A stretch of DNA of 62,730 nucleotides, the filler included, from Babesia bigemina (Eukaryota): NCBI RefSeq assembly GCF_000981445.1. It is 10 parts of 10 records of this genome, joined end to end, with 100 filler letters (N's around TTAATTAATTAA, not from the genome) between each part and the next. Parts side by side here need not be neighbours in the genome. Positions count along the whole stretch, not along the records: positions 10,635 to 17,801 come from NW_012237125.1; positions 17,902 to 26,847 come from NW_012237126.1; 8 more parts are not named here. The stretch is one strand, 5' to 3'. This document shows, piece by piece, positions 10,637 to 20,916 of the stretch. Numbering within the stretch: position 1 is the first letter of the stretch; each line of letters begins with the position of its first letter. The translations under genes were made by a program, and so were the position numbers. Below the pieces are notes generated by a model that did no database searches, had not been told where the DNA came from, and saw only the letters and a program-made list of their open reading frames with translations.

Positions 10637-13600
10637 TACGTACATGCAACTATCAGTGATTTAGAGGCTCTGCCAGCAGCTTTGGAAGAAGCTAAGCAAG
10701 ATGCCGGACTGGTGATGGATAAGTTGAAACACGACATTGAAGCGTTGAGACATAATATTACAAAAATTAACGAAAACATAAGCCTTGCGGAAAAGGCTAT
10801 GAATTCTGTCATTTCTCAAATCCAAACAGTGTTACAAGATGCTCGAGGCAGCTCAAATCGAGCAATGCAAGACTTGAAATTGGATTTGCAAAAACGAGCG
10901 AAGGACGCATTCAACGACTTGCAGGACGGCGTACAGACCCTTTTCGCAAATCAAAAGAAAGCCGAATTAAAAGCCTTACAAGAGACTGTTTCGACCCAAA
11001 TCCCAATCATCCAAAAACTCATGGATGATGACGCCAACGCGGGCCTGAAAGGCCTGATGAAAAAATTGCATAAACGTTTCCAGGCGTCTACCTTCAATGG
11101 CCTAACTCATCTGACATTGCAATCGCTTGCAAACAGATTTAATGAATTTTTTAGAGATTACTTTAATGATCTCCAATCCCAACCCGACCTCTCCCCCTCC
11201 CGTCTCATCCCCCTCACCGACGCCCTCTACGCCCTCCTGTCCACAATGAACACCCAACGCCACTTCGACGCCACCGTCTCCCGCAAGCTCGCCGACCTCC
11301 AAACGCAGCTCGACACCCTCGCCCCCTCTGGTTTCGCCGAGGCCTCCCCGCTGCTCAACGTCGTCAAGCGCGGCGTCCAGGCGTTCCACGGGGAGCTCGC
11401 GAAGCAGTACGTCAGCAGGTACTCGGGGCAAAATTATGCTGGTCAGTTGGTGAAGGAGAAAACATCGCCTGATACTAAAGCACCTAAATTGCTTGCAAAT
11501 CCTGCTGACAACACCGAAATAACCGAGTACGGGAGGAAGTGCGCGAAGGTGTTCCTCACCTCCCTGGCGACGCTGAGTAATGACTTTAAGCATCTGAGTG
11601 ATTCTTGTAAAGAATCGCGATTTAATCAAATACACACGTCGTACAATAAATATAATAATAAGCTTGGCGATTTATTCAGTAGTTGCGGGTACCAGGTTTC
11701 TATGTACCGTGATTCGCATGAGGGCGAGTTGCGGAATAAGCCAGACTTTACGGGCACAGATATTCATGCGATCATCCACAAAAAAATTTTCAACGTTTCC
11801 TCAATTGACCTTTTGAAACAGTGGATGACTAAAAAGAACAAAGCAAGCAGCGTAGCTTCTATTGATGCAGATAACATGAGTCTCCTCGACATACTTCAGT
11901 TCCTCTATGACTGCCTTGAAAACTACTACTGCGTTTCCCACCTGCGCCACATCGAGAGGCCTAAATCGCCGTCGTCTGTTTACCAAATGCTTTGTTGGTT
12001 GACTGGACTTCCGCACAATCGCGTGTTTCCAACTGTATCAGTCAGCGACATTGGTGACCTGTTTGAGAAGCCGGATGAGGCATCCGGTGACAGCAACCCA
12101 GACGGCCCACTTGTTCTACAGACAGATCCTGACACTTTGCCAGCTTACCCAGAAAAGATCGCAGCCTCAACGCTGACATCCATTATTCATAAGGTTTGTG
12201 TCGACGCTGAAGACGTGCTGATTGGAATACTCGGCCATGGCCACGCGGACGGCATTTATGCCGTCGACTTCAACACAAACCCCGACGGTTTCGCCTATCC
12301 AACCGCCCCCGGTGCTTGCTTCGATATGCTGTGCGACGTGCTGAATCGGCTTTACCTGCAACTTTTCTTCCTATACGGGCAGTGCAGCAACGAGGAGCCC
12401 TCAGTCAGTTGGCGTGACTGTTGGTACGGAAACCAAGTAGGCGGGTCAGCATGGAACTGCAATGCTATGCAATGTCCTAACCAAAAGGGCAACCAAATAC
12501 ACAAGCAAAGGTGTAACCAAAAGTGTGACCAAACAGCTCAGTGCGGTATAAAATCGCCGCTTCAGTCCTTTTTAGAGGATGGTCTCCCCGGCTTTTTACC
12601 ACACTCCTTCACTAAGCCCGGTTGTAAGCTGACATGTACGCTCTCCAACCATAGAGGTATCCCTTGTAGAACGCCAATGGGCTTCAACGACATCAGTGTC
12701 ACTGCTTCTCACAGGCAGAGGGGAGAGTATCTCAAGAAAGCTCTTGAGGGCTTTTGTGGTAGTGATTCCGCTCCACTAACTAAGCTTTGCGCTCAGCTGA
12801 CGTGCCTTTTGCAGAAACCTCCGCAGACGCTGGGAGACATCTTTGCGTTTTACTATGGTTACCTCGGAGGATGGGCAGCTGATTTCTATGGAAACTTCGG
12901 AAAATCGAATCCGCATACACAAGCCGCATTTAAGCAGGCTGTCAACGATGCGTACTTCGGAGAACAATATGGACATCTCGATCCGACCTCGTTGGTTAGC
13001 AGCAGTAAACACGGCGATGAACATTCGAAAGGTAATTTATGCAGCATCGCAAATTGCGAGTCTGGCTCAGTTGCGCCATGTGGTCTCTATGTCAAGTCAA
13101 TGACACAGGACATTACTAGGTATTACTCTGCCGAACATAAGGCCAACCATTTGTCGTGGATCGTGTACATCACGGAGACATTCTGCGATCTGCTTAAGAA
13201 ATTATATGATGACTGTTGCAAGAAATGTGGACCCGGTGGTAGTAAATGCCATGTGAAGAGCTGTGCTGAGCAATGTGAGATTAAGTATTCAGATGATAAA
13301 CAGAAAATGAAATTGCTAAAAGATAAGTCCCATAAGCTCGAATGTAAGTCAATTGTCACTTGCCGTGACACTCACCCTACCCTGTACAGATACGGTTTTA
13401 CCTTCGGACATCCATGGGGACTTAATGGCTCTGGTAATAATGAAAGGGCTAAAAGGACGTGCAAAGATTTCTGCGAAGCGTTGAAAAAGATGCTTGCTGA
13501 AGGTTCTGTGCTCATAACACTACGCGGACGAATCGACGACTTTTTATGGGCTACCAGATTCAATTTCTCAATCACCGTATTGGCCCTCTGGCTCCTCTCT

Positions 13601-13756
13601 TTATTGTACCTCACCCACATCATGGTCATACGCCTCGACCTCCTCCACATCAAATCGCATCTACATAGTCCCTCGAGTCATAGGATTGCCGCTCAATCAC
13701 TACTCGCTGCTGCACGTGTTAACAAGCTTAACAAAGTGTTTTATCTGCAACCATAA
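10637..13756 (+). CDS. ves1: ves1-family gene, 3' part (5' end truncated by contig), tail ...RIAAQSLLAAARVNKLNKVFYLQP
   Basis: HFD, YQMLCWLTGL, GHGHADG, SPLQSFLEDGLPGFLPH motifs; C-terminal TM and tail. Confidence 0.9.
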   Translation, partial: YVHATISDLEALPAALEEAKQDAGLVMDKLKHDIEALRHNITKINENISLAEKAMNSVISQIQTVLQDARGSSNRAMQDLKLDLQKRAKDAFNDLQDGVQTLFANQKKAELKALQETVSTQIPIIQKLMDDDANAGLKGLMKKLHKRFQASTFNGLTHLTLQSLANRFNEFFRDYFNDLQSQPDLSPSRLIPLTDALYALLSTMNTQRHFDATVSRKLADLQTQLDTLAPSGFAEASPLLNVVKRGVQAFHGELAKQYVSRYSGQNYAGQLVKEKTSPDTKAPKLLANPADNTEITEYGRKCAKVFLTSLATLSNDFKHLSDSCKESRFNQIHTSYNKYNNKLGDLFSSCGYQVSMYRDSHEGELRNKPDFTGTDIHAIIHKKIFNVSSIDLLKQWMTKKNKASSVASIDADNMSLLDILQFLYDCLENYYCVSHLRHIERPKSPSSVYQMLCWLTGLPHNRVFPTVSVSDIGDLFEKPDEASGDSNPDGPLVLQTDPDTLPAYPEKIAASTLTSIIHKVCVDAEDVLIGILGHGHADGIYAVDFNTNPDGFAYPTAPGACFDMLCDVLNRLYLQLFFLYGQCSNEEPSVSWRDCWYGNQVGGSAWNCNAMQCPNQKGNQIHKQRCNQKCDQTAQCGIKSPLQSFLEDGLPGFLPHSFTKPGCKLTCTLSNHRGIPCRTPMGFNDISVTASHRQRGEYLKKALEGFCGSDSAPLTKLCAQLTCLLQKPPQTLGDIFAFYYGYLGGWAADFYGNFGKSNPHTQAAFKQAVNDAYFGEQYGHLDPTSLVSSSKHGDEHSKGNLCSIANCESGSVAPCGLYVKSMTQDITRYYSAEHKANHLSWIVYITETFCDLLKKLYDDCCKKCGPGGSKCHVKSCAEQCEIKYSDDKQKMKLLKDKSHKLECKSIVTCRDTHPTLYRYGFTFGHPWGLNGSGNNERAKRTCKDFCEALKKMLAEGSVLITLRGRIDDFLWATRFNFSITVLALWLLSLLYLTHIMVIRLDLLHIKSHLHSPSSHRIAAQSLLAAARVNKLNKVFYLQP

Positions 13757-13878
13757 TCGTACTCACGTGTTTACTACCTACACTCACCTAGCATCACCTA
13801 CTCACCTATACAACTCATTGTTGTCTAATGTTATGAATCACTCATTAATCGTTGTATGTGATGGTGTATTAGTTAACT

Positions 13879-14279
13879 AAAGTGCTGACCAAGGTGGTGA
13901 CCAAAGTGCTGACCAACGTGTTGACCAAAGTGCTGACCAATGTGCTGCCCAAAGTGCTGACCAAGGTGCTGACCAAAGTGTTGACCAAAGTGCTGACCAA
14001 CGTGTTGACCAATGTGTTGACCAATGCCATGACCAAAGTGGTGACCAAAGTGCTGACCAATGTGCTGCCCAAAGTGCTGACCAAGGTGCTGACCAAAGTG
14101 TTGACCAAAGTGCTGACCAACGTGTTGACCAATGTGTTGACCAATGCCATGACCAAAGTGGTGACCAACGTGCTGACCAAGGTGGTGACCAACGTGCTGA
14201 CCAAAGTGCTGACCAACGTGTTGACCAAAGCGGTGACCAAGCACCTGACCAATGCCATGACCAAGCACCTGACCAAGTT
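13879..14279. repeat. 12-bp repeat
   Basis: Tandem GTGCTGACCAA(A/C/T/G) units. Confidence 0.92.
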
Positions 14280-14282
14280 AGC

Positions 14283-14420
14283 GGTCACGGCAGCGATGAC
14301 ATGGTTACGGCAGCGATGACATGGTTACGGCAGCGATGACATGGTTACGGCAGCGATGACATGGACACGGCAGCGATGACATGGGCACGGCAGCGATGAC
14401 ATGGGCACGGCAGCGATGAC
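14283..14420. repeat. 20-bp repeat
   Basis: Tandem ATGGTTACGGCAGCGATGAC. Confidence 0.92.
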
Positions 14421-14458
14421 AGTGGTGACCAAGCACCTGACCTAAGTGGTGATTTACA

Positions 14459-17400
14459 ATCCACTCTACATCGCTTTCTAACCCACTCTACATCGCCCCT
14501 TTATCCACTCTACATCGCCCCTTTATCCACTCTACATCGCCCCTTTATCCACTCTACATCGCTCCCTTATCCACTCTACATCGCCCCTTTATCCACTCCA
14601 CATCGCTCCTTTACCCACTCTACATCGCTCCCTAATCCACTCTACATCGCTCCTTAACCCACTCTACATCGCCCCTTAACCCACTCTACATCGCCCCTTT
14701 ATCCACTCTACATCGCTCCTTAACCCACTCTACATCGCCCCTTAACCCACTCTACATCGCCCCTTTATCCACTCTACATCGCTCCTTAACCCACTCTACA
14801 TCGCCCTTATACGCACTCTACATCGCTCCCTAATCCACTCTACATCGCTCCCTAATCCACTCTACATCGCCCCTTTATCCACTCTACATCGCTCCTTAAC
14901 CCACTGTACATCGCCCCTTTATCCACTCCACATCGCCCCTTTACCAACTCTACATCGCTTCCTTACCCACTCTACATCGCTCCTTTACCAACTCTACATC
15001 GCCCCTTTATCCACTCTACATCGCTCCTTTACCCACTCTACATCGCCCCTTTATCCACTCTACATCGCTCCTTTACCCACTCTACATCGCTCCCTTAACC
15101 ACTCTACATCGCCCCTTTATCCACTCTACATCGCTCCCTAACCCACTCCACATCGCTCCTCTATCCACTCTACATCGCCCCTTAACCCACTCTACATCGC
15201 CCCTTTATCCACTCTACATCGCTCCCTAACCCACTCTACATCGCTCCTTAACCCACTCTACATCGCCCCTTAACCCACTCTACATCGCCCCTTAACCCAC
15301 TCTACATCGCCCCTTAACCCACTCTACATCGCCCCTTTATCCACTCTACATCGCCCCTTAACCCACTCTACATCGCTCTTTAACCCACTCTTCATCGCCC
15401 CTTAACCCACTCTACATCGCTCCCTTATCCACTCTACATCGCTCCCTTATCCACTCTTCATCGCCCCTTAACCCACTCTACATCGCTCCCTTATCCACTC
15501 TACATCGCTCCCTTATCCACTCTACATCGCCCCTTAATCCACTCTACATCGCCCCTTAACCTACTCCACATCGCCCCTTTATCCACTCCACATCGCTCCT
15601 TTATCCACTCTACATCGCTCCCTAACCCACTCTACATCGCCCCTTTACCCACTCCACATCGCCCCTTTACCCACTCCACATCGCCCCTTAACTCACTCTA
15701 CATCGCTCCCTAACCCACTCTACATCGCCCCTTTACCCACTCTACATCGCTCCTTTACCCACTCCACATCGCCCCTTAACCCACTCCACATCGCTCCCTA
15801 ACCCACTCTACATCGCCCCTTATCCACTCCACATCGCTCCCTAACCCACCTTACATCGCTCCCTAACCCACCTTACATCGCTCCCTTACCCACCTTACAT
15901 CGCTCCCTTATCCACCTCACATCGCCCCTTAACCCACTCTACATCGCTCCCTAACCCACTCTACATCGCTCCCTAACCCACTCTACATCGCTCCCTAACC
16001 CACTCTACATCGCTCCCTAACCCACTCCACATCGCCCCTTTATCCACTCTACATCGCTCCCTAACCCACCCTACATCGCCCCTTAACCCACTCTACATCG
16101 CCCCTTAACCCACTCTACATCGCCCTTTTATCTACTCTACATCGCTCCTTTATCCGCCTTACATCGCCCCTTTACCCACTCTACATCGCTCCTTTACCCA
16201 CTCCACATCGCCCCTTTAACCACTCTACATCGCTCCTTTATCCACTCCACATCGCTCCCTAACCCACTCCACATCGCTCCCTTATCCACTCTACATCGCC
16301 CCTTAACCCACTCTACATCGCCCCTTTATCCACTCCACATCGCCCCTTTATCCACTCCACATCGCCCCTTAACCCACTCTACATCGCTCCTTTATCCACT
16401 CTACATCGCCCCTTTACCCACTCTACATCGCTCCCTAATCCACTCTACATTGCTCCCTAACCCACTCTACATCGCTCCTTAACCCACTCTACATCGCCCC
16501 TTAACCCACTCTACATCGCTCCCTAATCCACTCTACATCGCCCCTTTATCCACCCTACATCGCTCCCTAACCCACTCTACATCGCTCCCTTACCCACTCC
16601 ACATCGCTCCTTTATCCACTCTACATCGCCCCTTAATCCACTCTACATCGCTCCTTAATCCACTCTACATCGCCCCTTAACCCACTCTACATCGCTCCTA
16701 ACCCACTCTACATCGCCCCTTTACCCACTCTACATCGCTCCTTAATCCACTCTACATCGCCCCTTAACCCACTCTACATCGCCCCTTAACCCACTCTACA
16801 TCGCCCCTTTACCCACTCTACATCGCCCCTTAACCCACTCTACATCGCTCCTTTATCCACTCTACATCGCCCCTTTATCCACTCTACATCGCTCCTTTAT
16901 CCACTCTACATCGCCCCTTTATCCACTCCACATCGCCCCTTTATCCACTCCACATCGCCCCTTTATCCACTCTACATCGCCCCTTTATCCACTCTACATC
17001 GCTCCCTAATCCACTCTACATCGCTCCCTAATCCACTCTACATCGCTCCCTAATCCACTCTACATCGCTCCCTAACCCACTCTACATCGCCCCTTAACCC
17101 ACTCTACATCGCTCCTTAAACCACTCTACATCGCTCCCTAACCGACTCCACATCGCTCCCTTACCCACTCTACATCGCTCCCTAACCCACTCCACATCGC
17201 CCCTTTATCCACTCTACATCGCCCCTTTACCCACTCTACATCGCTCCCTAACCCACTCTACATCGCCCCTTACCCACTCTACATCGCTCCTTAACCCACT
17301 CCACATCGCTCCCTAACCCACTCTTCATCGCCCCTTTACCCACTATACATCGCCCCTTTATCCACTCTACATCGCTCCCTAACCCACTCTACATCGCTCC

Positions 17401-17801
17401 CTAACCCACTCTACATCGCCCCTTTATCCACTCTACATCGCTCCCTAACCCTCTCTACATCGCTCCCTAACCCACTCTTCATCGCTCCTTAACCCACTCT
17501 ACATCGCCCCTTAACCCACTCTACATCGCCCCTTAACCCACTCTACATCGCCCCTTTATCCACTCTACATCGCTCCTCTATCCACTCTACATCGCCCCAT
17601 GTACAACTCTACATCGCCCATAATCCACTCTACATCGCTCCCTAATCCACTCTACATCGCTCCGTAAATCACTCTACATTGCTCCCCTAACCAATTCACA
17701 TCGCCCCTTAACCCAATTTACATCGCTCCCTAACCCAATCCAATTCGCCCATTTATCAACTCTACATCGCCCCTTTACCATCTCAAATCGCCCCTAACCC
17801 A
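14459..17801. repeat. 22-bp satellite, C-rich strand, >3.3 kb, runs to contig end
   Basis: Tandem units. Confidence 0.97.
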
Positions 17802-17901
17802 NNNNNNNNNNNNNNNNNNNNNNNNNNNNNNNNNNNNNNNNNNNNTTAATTAATTAANNNNNNNNNNNNNNNNNNNNNNNNNNNNNNNNNNNNNNNNNNN
17901 N

Positions 17902-18646
17902 AGGAGCAATGTAGAGTGGGTTAGGGAGCGATGTAGAGTGGGTTAGGGGCCGATGTGGAGTGGGTAAAGGGGCGATGTAGAGTGGATTAAGGGGCGATGT
18001 AGAGTGGGTTAAGGGGCGATGTAGAGTGGGTAAAGGGGCGATGTAGAGTGGGTTAAGGGGCGATGTGGAGTGGATAAAGGAGCGATGTAGAGTGGGTTAG
18101 GGAGCGATGTAGAGTGGGTTAAGGGGCGATGTAGAGTGGGTTAAGGGGCGATGTAGAGTGGGTTAAGGGGCGATGTAGAGTGGGTTAAGGGGCGATGTAG
18201 AGTGGGTAAAGGGGCGATGTAGAGTGGGTTAAGGGGCGATGTAGAGTGGGTAAAGGGGCGATGTAGAGTGGGTTAAGGGGCGATGTAGAGTGGGTAAGGG
18301 AGCGATGTAGAGTGGATAGAGGGGCGATGTAGAGTGGGTTAAGGGGCGATGTAGAGTGGGTTAAGGGGCGATGTAGAGTGGGTAAAGGGGCGATGTAGAG
18401 TGGGTTAAGGGGCGATGTAGAGTGGATTAGGGAGCGATGTAGAGTGGGTTAGGGAGCGATGTAGAGTGGATAAAGGGCGATGTGGAGTGGGTTAGGGAGC
18501 GATGTGGAGTGGGTTAAGGGGCGATGAGGAGTGGGTTAAGGGGCGATGAGGAGTGGATAAAGGGGCGATGTAGAGTGGGTAAAGGGGCGATGTAGAGTGG
18601 GTAAAGGGGCGATGTAGAGTAGTTTAAGGGGTGATGTAGAGTGGAT
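17902..18646. repeat. 22-bp satellite, G-rich strand
   Basis: Tandem units. Confidence 0.95.
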
Positions 18647-18668
18647 GATAATCACTACTCTGGTCACC

Positions 18669-18992
18669 ACTGTCATCGCTGCCGTGTCCATGTCATCGCT
18701 GCCGTGTCCATGTCATCGCTGCCGTGTCCATGTCATCGCTGCCGTAACCAGTAACTTGGTCAGGTGCTTGGTCAGCACTTTGGTCATGGCATTGGTCAGC
18801 ACCTTGGTAAACACTCTGGTCATGGCATTGGTCACCACGTTGGTCAGCACATTGGTCAACACTTCGGTAAGGTGCTAGGTCAGGTGTTTGGTCAGCACTT
18901 TAGTCACCACCTTGGTCACCACGTTGGTCATGGCATTGGTCAATTGCTTGGTCATGGCATTGGTCAATTGCTTGGTCAGCACTCTGGTCATG
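18669..18992. repeat. 20-bp repeat (18669-18750) then 12-bp repeat (18755-18992)
   Basis: Tandem units. Confidence 0.88.
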
Positions 18993-19101
18993 TGATTGAT
19001 CGTCAATGCAATCATTACTGTCTAGCACATTAGATGTCAGTTGCCAGCTAGGTGATCAGTGGGATTTGGATTACGATGTTCGCGCTAACAAATTGCGGAG
19101 T

Positions 19102-19275
19102 TTAGCTGTAAAACGCGATACAGAAGGGTATCTTGCGGACGAGGAAATCGCGGATGTTGCGGCCCACCGGGAAGCGGAAGATGCACAGGTCGAGCAGGAT
19201 TATGGCGACGATGATGGCAACGACGACGGCGGCGATGGCGGAGTAGGGAGGGGGGATGGTCACCTCACTGCTCAT
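19102..19275 (-). pseudogene. Orphan type-A TM/tail cassette; ATG in frame, possible 57-aa micro-ORF MSSEVTIPPPYSAIAAVV...FCIAFYS
   Basis: Type-A tail with no Cys-rich domain, fused to the GAGCAGTGAGGTGACC junction. Confidence 0.75.
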
Positions 19276-19345
19276 GCGATTTGTCATCAACGCAGTCATT
19301 ACTGTCTAGCACATTAGATGCCAGTCGCTAGTTAGGTTATTGTTA

Positions 19346-19825
19346 TTAGCTACGCAGTAGATACCGCACCCTGTGGAACGGCCGGATGCGGAAGTAGACC
19401 ATGACGCAGATGACGAGGATGATGAGCGCGACGGGGACGATGATGATGGGAAGGAGGGGCGTGGAGGAAGATGATGAGTCAGAGGCGCTGATGGAACGTG
19501 GTTGCATAACGGCTTGTTGCTGAGAATGGGAGGAGGAGGAACCAGAGGAACCAGAGCGAAGCTGTTGACCGGAGGTACGCTGTGTGTCGGGGAGAGAACG
19601 AGTAACATAGACAGGGCGTTTGTCATAACAACATTTACATGGACATGTGCTGGTGTCGCAGTTAACACACCCCTTAGTATGGCAACCCTGATGTCCACCT
19701 ATGCGCTCATAGTAAAGATCAGCACATCGGAAAAAACATCTACTACATTTTTTACAACAGATGTAGCAGCACCTACAGTCACGCGGCTCACAATTGGTGC
19801 CACAATCACACTTATATCTCCCCAT
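19346..19825 (-). CDS. Small Cys-rich single-TM protein, type-B tail (159 aa)
   Basis: CRCCYICCKKC motif, TM, YFRIRPFHRVRYLLRS tail. Confidence 0.85.
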   Translation of the reverse strand: MGRYKCDCGTNCEPRDCRCCYICCKKCSRCFFRCADLYYERIGGHQGCHTKGCVNCDTSTCPCKCCYDKRPVYVTRSLPDTQRTSGQQLRSGSSGSSSSHSQQQAVMQPRSISASDSSSSSTPLLPIIIVPVALIILVICVMVYFRIRPFHRVRYLLRS

Positions 19826-19837
19826 CTTCCCCTCTCT

Positions 19838-20160
19838 CTCCCACTCCCCTCAACCTGCAAGCATATCAATCACCTAGCAAGCACTCACCAACTGCAACAC
19901 TACCACTGCCGCTCCCAGTCCCCTCAACCGGCGAATATATCAATCACTCAAGCAACGCACTCACCAACTAACACGTTCCACTGCCGCTCCCAGTCCCCTC
20001 AACCTGCAGACATATCAGTCACTCAAGCAGCACTCACCAACTGCAACACGTACCACTGCCGCTCCCAGTCCCCTCAACCTGCAGACATATCAGTCACTCA
20101 AGCAGCACTCACCAACTGCAACACGTACCACTGCCGCTCCCAGTCCCCTCACCAACGCAC
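19838..20160 (-). repeat. ~75-bp intron-containing repeat, about 4 units
   Basis: Same unit as 1488-2342. Confidence 0.88.
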
Positions 20161-20164
20161 TCAC

Positions 20165-20640
20165 CGCTGTATCCCCCCAGCCCGGGCCACCGACACCCGC
20201 ACTGCCCGGGATACCACAGCTGCCCTGACGCGACGCATGTCATCAGCACCAACTGTCACTTTAAATTATTCACTATTCGCAACGCCATAAAAATTGCAGC
20301 GAGCCACGTGCGCTCAACTCCCACAGTGCAGCAGCACCGTGCTACGAGCCGCGGTATCGGCGCCATGCTGGGGGAGCGTGTCCGCTACGTGCCTAAATGT
20401 GATATTAACGATCGCTAAATCGCTGCCCATAAACGCTACTTAACCGGGCCAACGCCGATTACGCCACCCTGCCAGTGACTCGCAACACACGGCTTAGGTC
20501 ACCCGCCGCGGCCTTCACGGCCGCCTACGTTAGCGACCAATCACCCAGCCACACGTGACACTCACTCAATGGGCAACGCGGACGCCTCTCACAGTCAACG
20601 CACAACTCAACGCAACAACCAACCCACCAAGTTACGGTTC
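20165..20640 (-). promoter_or_regulatory. Conserved ~480-bp element
   Basis: Copy of 2350-2830. Confidence 0.5.
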
Positions 20641-20642
20641 AT

Positions 20643-20760
20643 CGGCCAGCTTACCACGTTGCCTGTGTGCTAGGTCAACACGTTGCCTGGTTGCTAGCTT
20701 ACCACGTTGCCTGGTTGCTAGCTTACCACTTTGCCTGGGTGCTAGCTTAGCACGTTGCAT
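20643..20760. repeat. 24-bp repeat, about 5 units
   Basis: Tandem units. Confidence 0.88.
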
Positions 20761-20916
20761 TGTCGTTCAATCATCACTTCATTTCAACGCTATCTAGTTC
20801 ACAGGTTGCCGCTAGGGTAATTCGAGACATTAGACTACGTTTGTCGGTTAGGTGAGTAGGTGATTCGCTAAGTGAGTTGTTACGTGAGTTACAGTGAATT
20901 ACAAATGTGACGATGA

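Noticed and set aside
14459..18646. Apparent giant inverted repeat of satellite (C-strand then G-strand)
   Set aside because: The two halves are on different contigs joined by an artificial spacer, so their orientation is arbitrary.
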